Source: Azolla caroliniana (lineage: Eukaryota; Plantae; Polypodiophyta). From it: DNA of 64,000 nucleotides. The stretch covers positions 9,734,001 to 9,798,000 of the forward strand of contig JBHGNT010000004.1 in NCBI GenBank assembly GCA_043228905.1, written 5' to 3'. The first letter of the stretch is position 1, and each line of letters begins with the position of its first letter. A program made the position numbers and the translations under genes. The notes under the pieces are model-generated. The model was given only the letters and a program-made list of their open reading frames with translations, was not told the DNA's origin and ran no database searches. Below, in pieces: positions 35,866-48,617 of this stretch.

Positions 35866-38800
35866 TGATGGAGACCAACTCTATGTTAGCAACTTTTGAT
35901 AGGTTCTATGATCGTGGTGTTATTTTGTATTTCACTAGGAAACTTCCTTTGGTATCATGGATTAAGCAGTGCTTGAATTCATTCATAATGCCTAATTGTG
36001 TTGAGGATATGTATGTGGTTCCAAGAGGTTTCTATAATGTAGTTTTTCAATCCTCAGAACATTGTACGACTTTGATGGCAAAGGTACCAATCTTTTTTGA
36101 TAGAAGATTTGTGAATGTGATGCAATGGGTTCCAGTGCTAGATTATAAAGATTTAGTAAAATACACTGTCCAATTCGGGTGACCGTTGATTGTAGCAACT
36201 CATTCTTTTGGGATTTACTACAAGGATTGATGTCTCAAATTGGTAAAGTTTTGGTTGCAGCTCCTGTTAATTCGTTGAACAAATGTAGATTTTGCATGTT
36301 ATGGGATACAAGTTGTAAACTTCCAAGATGGTTGAGTATCGATACATCTCGATTTGGTTGGTTTCGTTTTAAGCTTCAACGGGAAACTTTTGCAGGACAT
36401 TGTTTAAAATGTGGTAATTTGGGGCATTTTATGGATGAATGCCAATATATGGTGAACTATCCCTAGAAAATAAGGAAGATGTTGAGAAGGATATGGTCAT
36501 GATTATTCATGATTCGTTTTGTCCACATATTGACTATAATGATCCATATGGACGTTTTTTGGTGATGGAAGTCAAGTATTTTGAGGATTTGATATGGTTG
36601 GTAGGAATCTATGCACCCAATAATGCTAATCAATGCATTGAGTTATGGTCTTCAATCTATCCATGACTATTAGTGGGCCGTGTTGGTTTGTTAATGGGTT
36701 ATTTTAATATGTGTGTTGATGCGTCACAATCTACTTCATGATTCTCATTGATAGATTCTCATGAGCAAGTAGTTTGGGACAAACTGGCATCAGAGGTTTT
36801 GAAGTTGGATGTATGGAAATGGTTGCATCAAGATGAGGTTGGGTTTACATTTCAATCTATCCAATATAAGGAAACATGGAGTAGGTTAGATAGAATGTAT
36901 GTTATGCATGATGAGTCCTTTTAGCCAGAGATGCTTAATATGTGAATTATGCAAGAGGGTGTGACATCGGATCATTTTCCCAATTTGATGCCTATATGGA
37001 ACAAATTTTTGGCATGTTTTCAGAACAAGTTATTTAAAAAGGATGGCATTCATGGGATACAACACACTACAAAACATCAATGATATTCATCATATGTATG
37101 GTATGACAAATGCTAAAAGACGTAAGAGATTGATTGATAAGTTTCCATATATTCTTACGCGATGCAAATATTTGTCAAGTATTGGATGTTGATTTTGAAG
37201 AAGCTGAGGTTGAAAAGGTATTGTTACACCTTCCAAATGGTAAAAGCCTTGACTGGGATGGTGTTAAAAATGAAGTTTTTAAGAAGTATGCTAGGATGCT
37301 TAAGAGTCCATTCCCACAAATGTTTCAACAATGTTGGGATTCTGGTTTCATGCCTCAAAGCTAGAAGGTGGGCTTAATCAAATTGTTACCAAAGGTACCA
37401 TCTCCGGAGTCATTTCATCAATGGAGGCCTACTTCTTTGATGGGAGGGTTGTACAAAATCGCGTAAGAATATATGAAAACTTATCGATCAATTTCTTATG
37501 TCGTTTAGCATTAGTCATACCATACATACGATGAATACACATCCATAAGACACAATAAGACATACATATATTATAATAGCATAAGACACAATATTCTTTT
37601 TTGTAACAACTTGGAGCAACTTTTGTCATTTTCCGATAAGGGATAATGTTTATTGATTTTTACAAGAAATATTTTGAAGAATACTAGTGAGTTCTAATGT
37701 TTATATATAACTACATCGTACAAAATAGAAACATATTATGAGAATGCATTGATTTGACAGTTTTAGTCCTAGTAATTTTTGTTGAAAAGACAACTACTTT
37801 GCTGGTGAAATATATGTATGTGTATAGATATTAAATGTATATATTTAGTTTTCCCAAAATATTCTTTTTTGTTTATGTTTTTTGCATTGTTAAAAGCAAA
37901 AAATTGTTTCGGCTTGAAACAACACTTCTTGGTGGTGAATGCATACAAAGGGCTCTTTCAGTTTTGATCAAAATTTAAGAATGAAGTAGAGAAAGCCATG
38001 GGCTAACATGTACAATTTCTTCGGTCGGACGGAGGAAAAGAGTACTTCTCCGACGAATTTTCGGCCTTTCTCCGGAAAGAAGGAATTCGGCGAGAGTTTT
38101 CACATCGTTTGTTAGTAATGTTGTCAAAACTTGCAGCCAGTGGTGATATTGTGGGTTTGCATCTTCCTTATGGTGGACAATTGGTGGCACAGGCATCAAC
38201 TGATGATTCGTTTATGTTTTTCCAAGCCTCAAAATAAAATCATAAAAGGAGTATACAAGTTTGGGATTAATTTGCTTTGGCTTTAGGGTTGTATATAAAT
38301 TGGAGAAGTCTCGACTTATTTCTTTTACATAGAGTAATTTGGAATGTTTGGGATGGCGAGGGTTAGTGATTACATGAGGATCAATTTATCAACATTTGGG
38401 TTATCCATTGGGAATTGAGGTTACAAATGTTCAATTGATTGACTGGATTGGTAGTAAATTGAGGGACAAATTTATGTATTGGAAGTCTCAATTATGGCCC
38501 TTGCATGTACGACCCAAAGTGGTGCAATGTGTCTTGATACCCATGTTATTATATTTTTTGCATTTACATCCTTGGACTAAGAAGCTATTGAGATACAAGC
38601 TCAACATTGGCCGGATTGGTTGCGCAAGCCGAGAACCGGATCGGTTAAGTCGGACCGGTGCGTAAACCGGGTACGTAAACCGGTGCGCAAACAAGAAGCT
38701 ATAGCGGTGCGTAAACCGCGAGGCCGTTGGAAAGATATTCCGCGTAGGAATATATTTTGGGAGTTAGTGTAGAGCTCATTTATGAGCATTGAAGTACGTG

Positions 38801-40355
38801 TCAATACTTCTATCAGTCTGTATAAAAGTGCTCACTGAGCACTTTCTATGTATATACTGAGTATTATTTTTTGAATAGAGTTGTGTGTATTCTCTCTCTC
38901 AGTCAGTCTCTCCTGCATACTGTGTGTCCAAGCTCTCCATTAAACTTGTGTTTTCCTACGTTCTGCCTTCTGTTGCTTCTGCATGTCCTTTTTTTACATG
39001 GTATCAGAGCGCGAGGGTTGAGAATGAAACTCTACAGCAGACCTTAGCATGAGAAGAAAACCTAACCTTCGAAAAGAATAAGAAAAACTGAATAGATAGA
39101 GGCATGGCTAGCTTGCTTCCGACCGAGAAGCTCGACAGAAACAACTACGCATCTTGGTTGTACAAGATGCACCAGTACCTGCTCGGGCATGGATACTGGA
39201 ACTATGTCGACGGAGCAAATGACTCAGCACCCGATTCGACACACAAAGACTTCCCAACTTGGGAATAGTCGGCGAGTAGAGTTCTCTATTGCTCTACATC
39301 TTGTGTGGGCGAACAACTTCTGAGCTATATTCGGGGTGCGAAAATGCCAAAGGATGCTTGGGGAAATTTGAAAAAGATTTTCACCGCAAGCACCACAGCC
39401 AGAAAGCTCCAACTTCGATAGGAGTTGAGCAACTTGCGGCAACACGATTTTTCGGTGGCTGATTACACCTCGAAGATCAAAGATATATGCGAATCCTTAG
39501 CCTCCATTGATGTGAATGTCAAGGAAGGTGAGATGGCGCAGATCTGTCTCGGGGGACTGGCGTCGAAGTTCGGAGCGTTTCAAACTGCTATGTGCACACG
39601 GGAGAATACGCCGTCGTTTTTCGACCTATAGTCGATGCTCCTTATAGAGGAGTACCATGCGGGTGCGTGGATGAGTACGCACACCGATAGCAAGATGTTG
39701 TACACGAAGGGAGATAGGCCCCGTCGTCATGGCAGACGAGGCGAGTCGGTGCACAATGGAGGCGGCCGATGGGATCAAGGAAGAAGGCACTGAAGTGATG
39801 CCAAGAGCAATTCTGGACCCTCCAGAAACAGGGGGAGTCGAGGCAACGAGAACCGGCAAGGGAAACCCGTCGCGGAATGCTGGTACTGTGGCAAGAAAGG
39901 CCACAAGGAGAGCGAGTGTTGGAAGAAGTGCGCCGATTCGGAGAAAACCGGATCCTGATCCATACAAACCGACAATGGAAATCACCAGCGATCGCACTAC
40001 GCCAAAGGATCCGAAAAAGTCGGAAAGGGGGCCGTCTTCATGACAAGACACGAGGCGAACTCGATGAAGAAGAGCACCCCGGAATCGGACAAGGTGTGAT
40101 ACGTTGACTCCGGTGCGTCAACCCACATGATGAGCCATAAGGAGTGGTCCTCATACCTTGAGAAACCGATGCAACTAGGAGTAGTCGCAACAAGACACGT
40201 CACTCCACATCCGATCGAGAATTTTGTTGAAGTTCCCCTAAGCCATGCCGGGCAAAAAGGGAAACTCATGAACGTGTTACACGTCCCGACAATCACGAAG
40301 AATCTAGTGTCGATCGGGCATATCGTCAACTAGGGGATGCAAGTCCGGTTCATGT

Positions 40356-43300
40356 TGTCGTAAAGATCCGTCACTACGCGCAGATCATGAGGCGGAACTG
40401 TTGTGGTTCTGGACCGGAAGGATTCGACGTTAGTATAAGCTTTAGCAAGAAAGGAATTAAGATAGATTGAAAGAGAGAGAGATTGAGAAAAGATAGAACA
40501 CTTGATTTTAGATTGAGAGAGAGATTAAGAACTCTTGACTTTAGATTTCAGAAACAAGTTACACGATCAATTCGATAACGAATTTTCTTCTTCTTAATTT
40601 CATAACCAAAAGAGCCTAACCCTCTTTTATAGATGCTCTTTTATAGATGCTCTTTTCATCCCCCTCTTTTATAGATGCTCTCATGCATATGATGCATGTG
40701 AGGGTACAAGACATGCATAAAATGCATGTTTTCCATTTGGCGCTCATGTATTACATGTGGTGCATAATAACCATATCACTCATTTTAGTTCTCATGTATA
40801 AGAATTTACATGTAAAAGTACAATAATAGAAATAAAAATTCAACTAAATGTTATGGCTTAGTGGTAAGCCTACTAACTCTTAACTAGGAGGTGCAAGGTT
40901 CGAATCCACACTTGCACTCCTTGTGTATACATATATTTATTTATTTATATATATATCTACCCGGTCACCGGATGACGCCGGTTCGCCGGATGCCGGTCGC
41001 CACCGATTACCGTTGATTGCTGGATGACGTCAGTTCCCCGGATGTCGCCGGTTACCGTCGGTTACCGGATTTCGGTTACGTCGCCGGATGCCAGATGCCG
41101 GTTACCGCTCGGTCACCGAGTCCCGATTACATTGCCGGTCCGGTTTTGGTTGGGCAAATCCTTTGCAAGTAGCTAGGCCACACCCATTCAGCCAATAGCT
41201 TAGTTCAAGTCACCTTGAACTCTATATGCTCCACACATAGACACAAAGATAATAGCTTTTGCTCTACCTTATATTTGGTGAGATCCTTATTTCCTGTCTA
41301 TGTGGGATATCTCACAGTTTTATTTTTCTCTTCTTCCTTCTTATACTTCACTCCCACATAACTTGTCACTTAGATGTCCGTTTCTTATGTAGTAAAGTGC
41401 ATCTCTTCAAGATCTTCGTCTTTTGTACTAAGATATTAAACTTACTTAGAATCAGTATATTCACTATTATTGTTTTATATGATTGACACTTGATTTCGTA
41501 TGTCTTATGTAATTTTCACACCATTGCCGAAAATCTTCACGACATCCACCACCACCAAACCGCACGTCCTCCGGTACGTGCCAAGAAGAGAGAAAGTGAG
41601 ATTTTGGCTACGGTGATCAATAAGATTCCTCCATGTCTTCATTTACAACCGCCCTATTATGTTCATCGTCGAGGTGATCGAGGTCAGGATCTTCGTCTTG
41701 TCTTTTCTTGAAAATCTTTACTCTTTTTCCCGCAATGGGTACGATCAACCTTGATCTGTCTAGCTCTGCAAGGTGGTATGTGGCATTATCGTTGGCACTT
41801 GTCACCACATACGGCCTAAACCATCTTCTTGCGAACTTTCTTGTTGTACTGTGTTGATTGTCAAGGCTGTTGTCGTAAACCAAAACCTAATCTCCTTCTT
41901 CAATCTTCTTGGGACGAAGTCGATCCGTGTTGTCGAACCGAACTTTGTTTTTTACTCGGGTTGCCTCCATCATCTTTTGCGCTTTTTCTAGATCTTCAGG
42001 TCTTTTTTCAAGTTGCCTTATCAGCACCGCTAATAACTCTTCTCGGCTCATCTTGTTCTCCCACGGTATCGCTACCCATGAGGCAATCGTCCTTTCGATG
42101 GGCATTACCGGCTTTTGTCCATACATAAGCTCTGTCGGCATATACCCTATCACTGAGCTGTGTGTCGTTCTGTTGGCCCACAAGGCATAGGGTAATAGTC
42201 GTGGCCAATTCCCGACTCGATCATTGCATGCCCGTACGATGGCTTTGACGATAGGTCCATGTCCTCACTCGATCTTCCCATTCGCTTCCGGATTGTAGGC
42301 AGTCATGAGGGAGAGCTTCACGCCTAGTCGTTCGAAGAGCTCCGTCGCTTCGTGCTCATCCAACTCCCCTCGGTTAGCCACTATCTTCCCCACACATCTG
42401 TATCGGCAAAGAACCTCTTCAAGTAGAAATTTGCAAACGACTGAAGTCGTCCTATTTGTCAAGGCTCGTCCTTCCACTTGATTTGTCAAGTCTTCCCTTG
42501 CCAGCACTAAGTACTTCATTTGTCCCACTCCCATTGGTATCGAGACCAAATCCACCATCCATTTGAAGTGTATGGTGAGTGGGTATGCCGGTCGTAACTC
42601 ATCACGATGACGTATATTTGAATGTATTTGGCAAGTTTCGCATGTGGACACGAAATGGAGTACATCTTTGTACATGCTTGGCCACCAATACTTCTCCTTC
42701 AACTTTTCGAACGTCGCCCATGTTCCTCTATGACCTGCCCAAGTACTCTCGTGGAATTTGGTCATCAGCCTCTCTTGCTCTTCTTTCTTCACCACCACTC
42801 GACATGGTATTCTTGTCCTTCTTTTTGGATGTCGCTAAAGGAATCCTCCCTTCAAGAAGTACCGGTAAGATTTCTTCCAGATTCGTAGGACCTCCTCCTT
42901 TGTCAACGAAGCATCTGCCGTCAATGTTCTTAGGAATCTACCGATCAGTAACCACTCTCTTTCGTACTCGTTCTCGTTGAAGGCCCGGAGGGTTTGCGTG
43001 TCCTGGTCTTCCGCCGATAATCGAGCCATCTTGAAGAAGTCGAGGGCGACATCTTCATCTTCCGAAACCATGTCACTGCCATTTTCAAATCTTGCCCTCG
43101 ACAGCATGTCAGCCATGGCGTTCTTCTTCCCTACAATGTGACGGATCTCTAGGTTTAAAGACTTGATGTAGGTGATCCACCTTAGCATAACAAGATCTAG
43201 GGTCGCACATCCCGAGACCATTCCGAGAATTGGGAGACAATCTGTCTCTATTATCATTTCCGACCTGATCAGGTAATCTTTGTCCGTCTTCACTGCCGAC

Positions 43301-46300
43301 ACAATACCCTAAAGTTCCCGCTTGCCTTGGGCATATCTTTGTTACCGTTCGTTGAGAATCTTTGCTCCGAACCGGACGGCATATCGCGTATTATCTTCTC
43401 CTTCTTGATTGATGACCCACCTGATTCCGGTTGGGCTCGTATCGACGGTCATGTAAATCGGCTTCCCTTCAGCATAGTCGTCCTTCCTTAGTGCTAGAGC
43501 TTCGAGAAGTAGTTTCTTCAATCTTCGCATCACATTTGTGTGCTCGTCTCGCCATTCGAACTTCATTCTTTTCTTTAGTAGTCCATATAACGGTTCCGCG
43601 ACATGAGCGTAGTGCGGAATCCAAATATGATAAAATGTGCATGCTCCAAGGAACCTTCTAACCTCCGTTTGGTTTTCGCATTCTTCTTTCATGTCTTGGA
43701 ACGCGTTCACTTTGTATGGCGAAGGCTTCCGGCCGTATGCCCCACACAAGTGACCTACGACCAAGATCTCTGGTTGCCCGAATGCAGATTTTTCTCCCGA
43801 AAATGTCAAATTCGCATCTTCGAGCCTTTGAAGCACCTTCTCGCAATCTTTCATATGATCTGCAACGAACTTTCTACAACCTTCCTTATCTTTCAATTCA
43901 TCTTTCTCCTCATCCAAACATCCTTTTATCAGAATATCATCCAAGAATGGCATCGTGATGTCCGAGATGCAATCCTTCAAGACTTTATTCATGGCATTCA
44001 CCATATGAGCTACCGAGTTCGTTGCGCCTTGGGGTAAGGTACACATCCGCATAAGCCCGATAGGAGTCCTCATGGTTGTAATGTTCCGACTGTCGATCGC
44101 CAATTGGAATTGGCCATATCCGGAGTAGAGATCGCCAATGGAGTAGATGGACTGGCCTTCAAACGCTTCGGCAAATTCGTCCATGCTCGGACCAATTCCG
44201 GCATTTCGAATTGTCACCTTGTTGACGGGTTGAAGATCTTGGATGAATCGCAACGATCCATTCTTCTTCGGCACCGTGAACCACCTATTGGAATAAGGAG
44301 AATTCGACGGTTCTAGAATTCCCATACTCACCTTCTCCTTTAAGAGCTCGATTAGCTTCGGAAGGTGTGCTCTCGGAACCGGTATCGGTTTCAAATTCCA
44401 AGGCACATGAGGCACCGTGAAGATCACCATCAGCTCTATAACCTTTGGGTCGGCACATCCGATTTCTCGTGGGAAGAATGCGAAAGCCTTCCCATGTCCC
44501 TCAAGCATATCACGAAACATTCGCTCCTCTTCAAGGGGAAGGAAATTCTCCTTTCCAACTTGTAGCTTCCCCTTCGTCTCTTTGGTGAAGACATGACCTA
44601 CCCTCTTCGGATCTCTTAAGCTTGGATCGTTAGCGACTTCCTTCATCTTTTGCCAACTATCTTCTGGTAGCAAAACCACCACTGGATTGATCTTCTTATC
44701 CACCATTTTATATTTCGTGTTGATGTCAGCTTCCTTCATCGAGATGCCACGATGGTATTCATCGATGATAACATACATGTTGACAGAGTTAACTAAAATC
44801 ACGTAATCATCGTGAAGATAGCTCAAGTCCACGAGTTCCTCGATTTCACCGATGGTGTCGTTAAATGAGGCTTCTTCCATAATATGAGTCACAAAGTCTC
44901 CTTCTTCTATTATGTTTTCTTCATTCAGCATCTTCTCGAATTCTTGTATTCGACGCTTGTCCTTCTTGTCGGGTAGTACTAGTTTACATGCACCACTAGG
45001 TGTGACACATGTTGCTTCTCCTCGCAATCCATGCACTCTTCTTTCTTGTGGGGTCTTGTGATTTCTCGGACTATTTGTGCCCCATGCTTCAATAGTCCAC
45101 TCTAAAAATCCGAGGATTCGCCTCTGAGACTATCTCGATTCCTTTCATGATTGGCTCACACCGTTAGGAACTGGACCGATCTTTGGTTGTCAAGACTCTT
45201 TATTCGTGCGAAGGCTGCTCCATTATCGAACACTTTGGTCTCCATCCGAGATGATGTGATATACGGTTGTCCTAGGATGACAAGATGCGACGCCGATTCT
45301 TGCACGAAGAAGTGTTGATCCATCTCCACATCCCCAATCATGACTTTGACATTGGGACAAGCTCCGTACAAGTCCTCCGTAGACTTTGTTGCTGTGCGAA
45401 TCTTCCATCCGTGGTTTGTATTGATTGGCCATCTTCCTTTTTTGTAGAAGTCGGTTGACATGAGTTGATCTCTGAGCCGTGGTCGATCAAGGCTACCACA
45501 GTCTCTTTCTTCTCCCCGATCTTCACCGGCATCTCCATTGTCGTTGGTGCCCAATGAGGTCGAGTATAGTGGTTGTCCACCATATCTTCATCGACTTCGT
45601 CTCTTGCCATCGTTATGACATTCGTTTTTGCTTTTTGTGGCTTCTCTTCTTCCTCGTCTGATTGTTGTCTTTTTCTCTTTACAAAGTCCACAATAGTGTC
45701 ATGGAACTCCTTCGTAATGCCGAGTAATTCCCTCAAGGACAAAGTCACGTGGCTATCAAGAACTCGTTCTTCGAGAATTTTCTTTAGGTCCGTCGTCTGC
45801 TCTATGTCCGACTTTAGCTTATACGTAGGTATAGTCCTTGTCCTCTGAGCGGGGTCTTCGACACAACCTTCACGGGCCGAACCGTTTCTTCAACTTTTAT
45901 GCTCAGCTCCCCTTTCCGGCTTGATTCTCGTTCCTCCATTTGTAAAGGTCAACTCGTCTCCACATCGTCCTTCTTTTTCGCATTCCTCGTTTCATGTCTT
46001 TTTGATGGGCCTTGCTCTTCTATTCTTTTTCTCTTTTCTTTGACAAACACCTCGTGGTAGTCGCACATCACTTCCGGGAGTATGGTGTTGTCGTCCACCA
46101 GATCTGACCATCCAGTTATACTTTGTACACTTCGATCCGCAAGCTCTACTTCGCTCAAAGTGACTTTTCCCTTCTTCTCATATTCGAGAACGGAAGTCCA
46201 AAACTTTGCTCCCGCTCTAGCAACTTCAGTCTTGTCTTTCCCGACTCTTATTCCAGCCGACGCAGCATAGTGCATTGCATCCACATGAGTTTCATCGGCA

Positions 46301-48617
46301 TCCTCCATAGATTTCTTCATTCCTCCTCTTCTGAAATTCACCCGTAGGGGTCTTCTAGTCTCGCTCGAGCAGATCATGTTGTCATCTATGTACACGATAT
46401 TTTGTCAGATCGCCTCTCGAAGGCTCGCGCAATCCCTTCTCATGTGGTCCATGCTATCACACCACACGCATCTAAAGGGTTCTTTCCCTTTAGGGCCCCG
46501 ACAATTCATGTTGGCTAGCGTAACCATCTCAAACTTCTTCGCCGGTTCTTCGATGATGTTGTCATCAATCTTCTTTTCGTCCGGGCTACTTTGTTTGGGT
46601 AGCTCAGCTACTTTCGGTTGTCTAGTTTTCTCCGCAACAGTCGATCCCGCCAAGTCGGTGTCATCAACCCACTCACGACGCTTGTCGAGCCTATTGCATG
46701 CTCGCTTTACCGCAACCTAGTCCGCCACAAGCCCATTTGCTTGGGTATCCTCTTCGAGAAGAGTCCCCAATTCTCGTCTATCCTGCATGTCCACAACTTT
46801 CAAGAAGTACAAAGTCTTGTCTTCTTCAAGCAACACTTGGTCCGTGTTGGGGAGACGACGAAACATCTGGTCGAATTCGTCATACACCCTCGAGGCACTC
46901 ATCTTCTTATTCTTCTTCTCTATCCACTTCATCAGGGCATGTCGAGTCATCCTCGTTGAGTCTTCAATTGCGAGCTCCGCTAGTATCGTTTTCTCGAACT
47001 CGGACCATGTTGTCTTACCTTCTTGAAGTTCAATGACACGTCTTTGGACGTTGTTGGCGACACCTCTCTTGAAGCTTGCGATTTGACGTGCTTCGGACAC
47101 GTCCCTCTGATTCATCTCCCTTCTATATGTATAAAGGAACTTCGTAACGTTCCTTCCATCAAATTGACCCTCGTGCTCTACAACACGGTCGACGGCCTTC
47201 TCCATGTTCGCATCGTTGTCTCGAGATCTCATCATTTGTTTGACGATTACCATCATCCTTTCAAGCTTTCGCGCTTCGTTTCTTGGGGACGCCATCTCCA
47301 AGTATTAATCTCGGCTTGATCCTTCCTACCGTCTCTTTCACGTCAGGTTCACCACTTAATTATGTCGTGAAGATTCGTCACTACGCGCGGATCGTGAGGC
47401 AGAACCGACGGGGTTCTGGACCGGAAGGATTCGACGTTGGCACAAGCTTTAGCGAGAAAGGAATTAAGATAGATTGAAAGAGAGAGAGATTGAGAAAAGA
47501 TAGAACGCTTGATTTTAGATTGAGAGAGAGATTAAGAACTCTTGACTTTAGATTTCAGAAACAAGTTACACGATCAATTCGATAACGAATTTTCTTCTTC
47601 TTAATTTCATAACTAAAAGAGCCTAACCCTTCTTCTTTTTCATCCCCCTCTTTTATAGATGCTCTCATGCATATGATGCATGTGAGGGTACAAGACATGC
47701 ATAAAATGCATGTTTTCCATTTGGCGCTCATGTATTACATGTGGTGCATAATAACCATATCACTCATTTTAGCTCTCATGTATAAGAATTTACATGTAAA
47801 AAAGTACAATTATAGAAATAAAAATTCAACTAAATGTTATGGCTTAGTGGTAAGCCTACTAACTCTTAACTAGGAGGTGCAAGGTTTGAATCCACACTTG
47901 CACTCCTTGTGTATATATATATATGTATACATATATATATATATTTATTTATATATCTATCCGGTCGTCGGATGCCGGATGACGCCGGTTCGCCAGATGC
48001 CGGTTGCTGCCGATTATCGTCAATTGCCAGATGTCGTCGGTTACCGTCGGTTACCGGCATCCAGTTCTGTTACCATTCGTCCGGTTTTGGTTGGGCAAAA
48101 CCTTTGCAAGTAGCTAGGCCACACCCATTCATCCAATAGCTTAGTTCAAGTCACCTTGAACTCTCTATGCTCGACACATAGACACAAAGATAATAGCTTT
48201 TGCTCTACCTTATATATGGTGAGATCCTTATTTCCTGTCTATGTGGGATATCTCACAGTTTTATTTTTCTCTTCTTCCTTCTCATACTTCACTCCCACAT
48301 AACTTGTCACTTAGATGTCCGTTTCTTATGTAGTAAAGTGCATCTCTTCAAGATCTTCGTCTTTTGTACTAAGATATTAAACTTACTTAGAATTAGTATA
48401 TTCACTATTATTGTTTTATATGATTGACACTTGATTTCGTATGTCTTATGTAATTTTCACACCATTGCCGAAAATCTTCACGACATCCACCACCACCAAA
48501 CCGCACGTCCTCCGGTACGTGCCAAGAAGAGAGAAAGTGAGATTTGGGCTACGGTGATCAAGGTGATTTCGTACGTCTTATGTAATTTTCACACCATTGC
48601 TGAAAATCTTCACGACA
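40356..48617 (-). mobile_element. Gypsy element 2 (same family as element 1), type-B LTRs 40356-41544 and 47363-48485, nested in Copia
   Basis: Gag-PR-RT-RH-IN closely similar to 3977-9607; tRNA-Trp PBS 47337-47354; likely 4-bp TSD ATGT/ACGC (two C>T changes). Confidence 0.95.
40854..40907 (+). promoter_or_regulatory. tRNA-like Pol III internal promoter inside an LTR (antisense to the element)
   Basis: A box TGGCTTAGTGG (40854-40864) and B box GGTTCGAATCC (40897-40907) at tRNA spacing; Lys(CTT)-like loop CTCTTAA. Confidence 0.7.

Noticed and set aside
40845-40920. Functional tRNA gene
   Set aside because: The A/B boxes are good but I cannot form an acceptor stem or full cloverleaf; reported only as tRNA-like.
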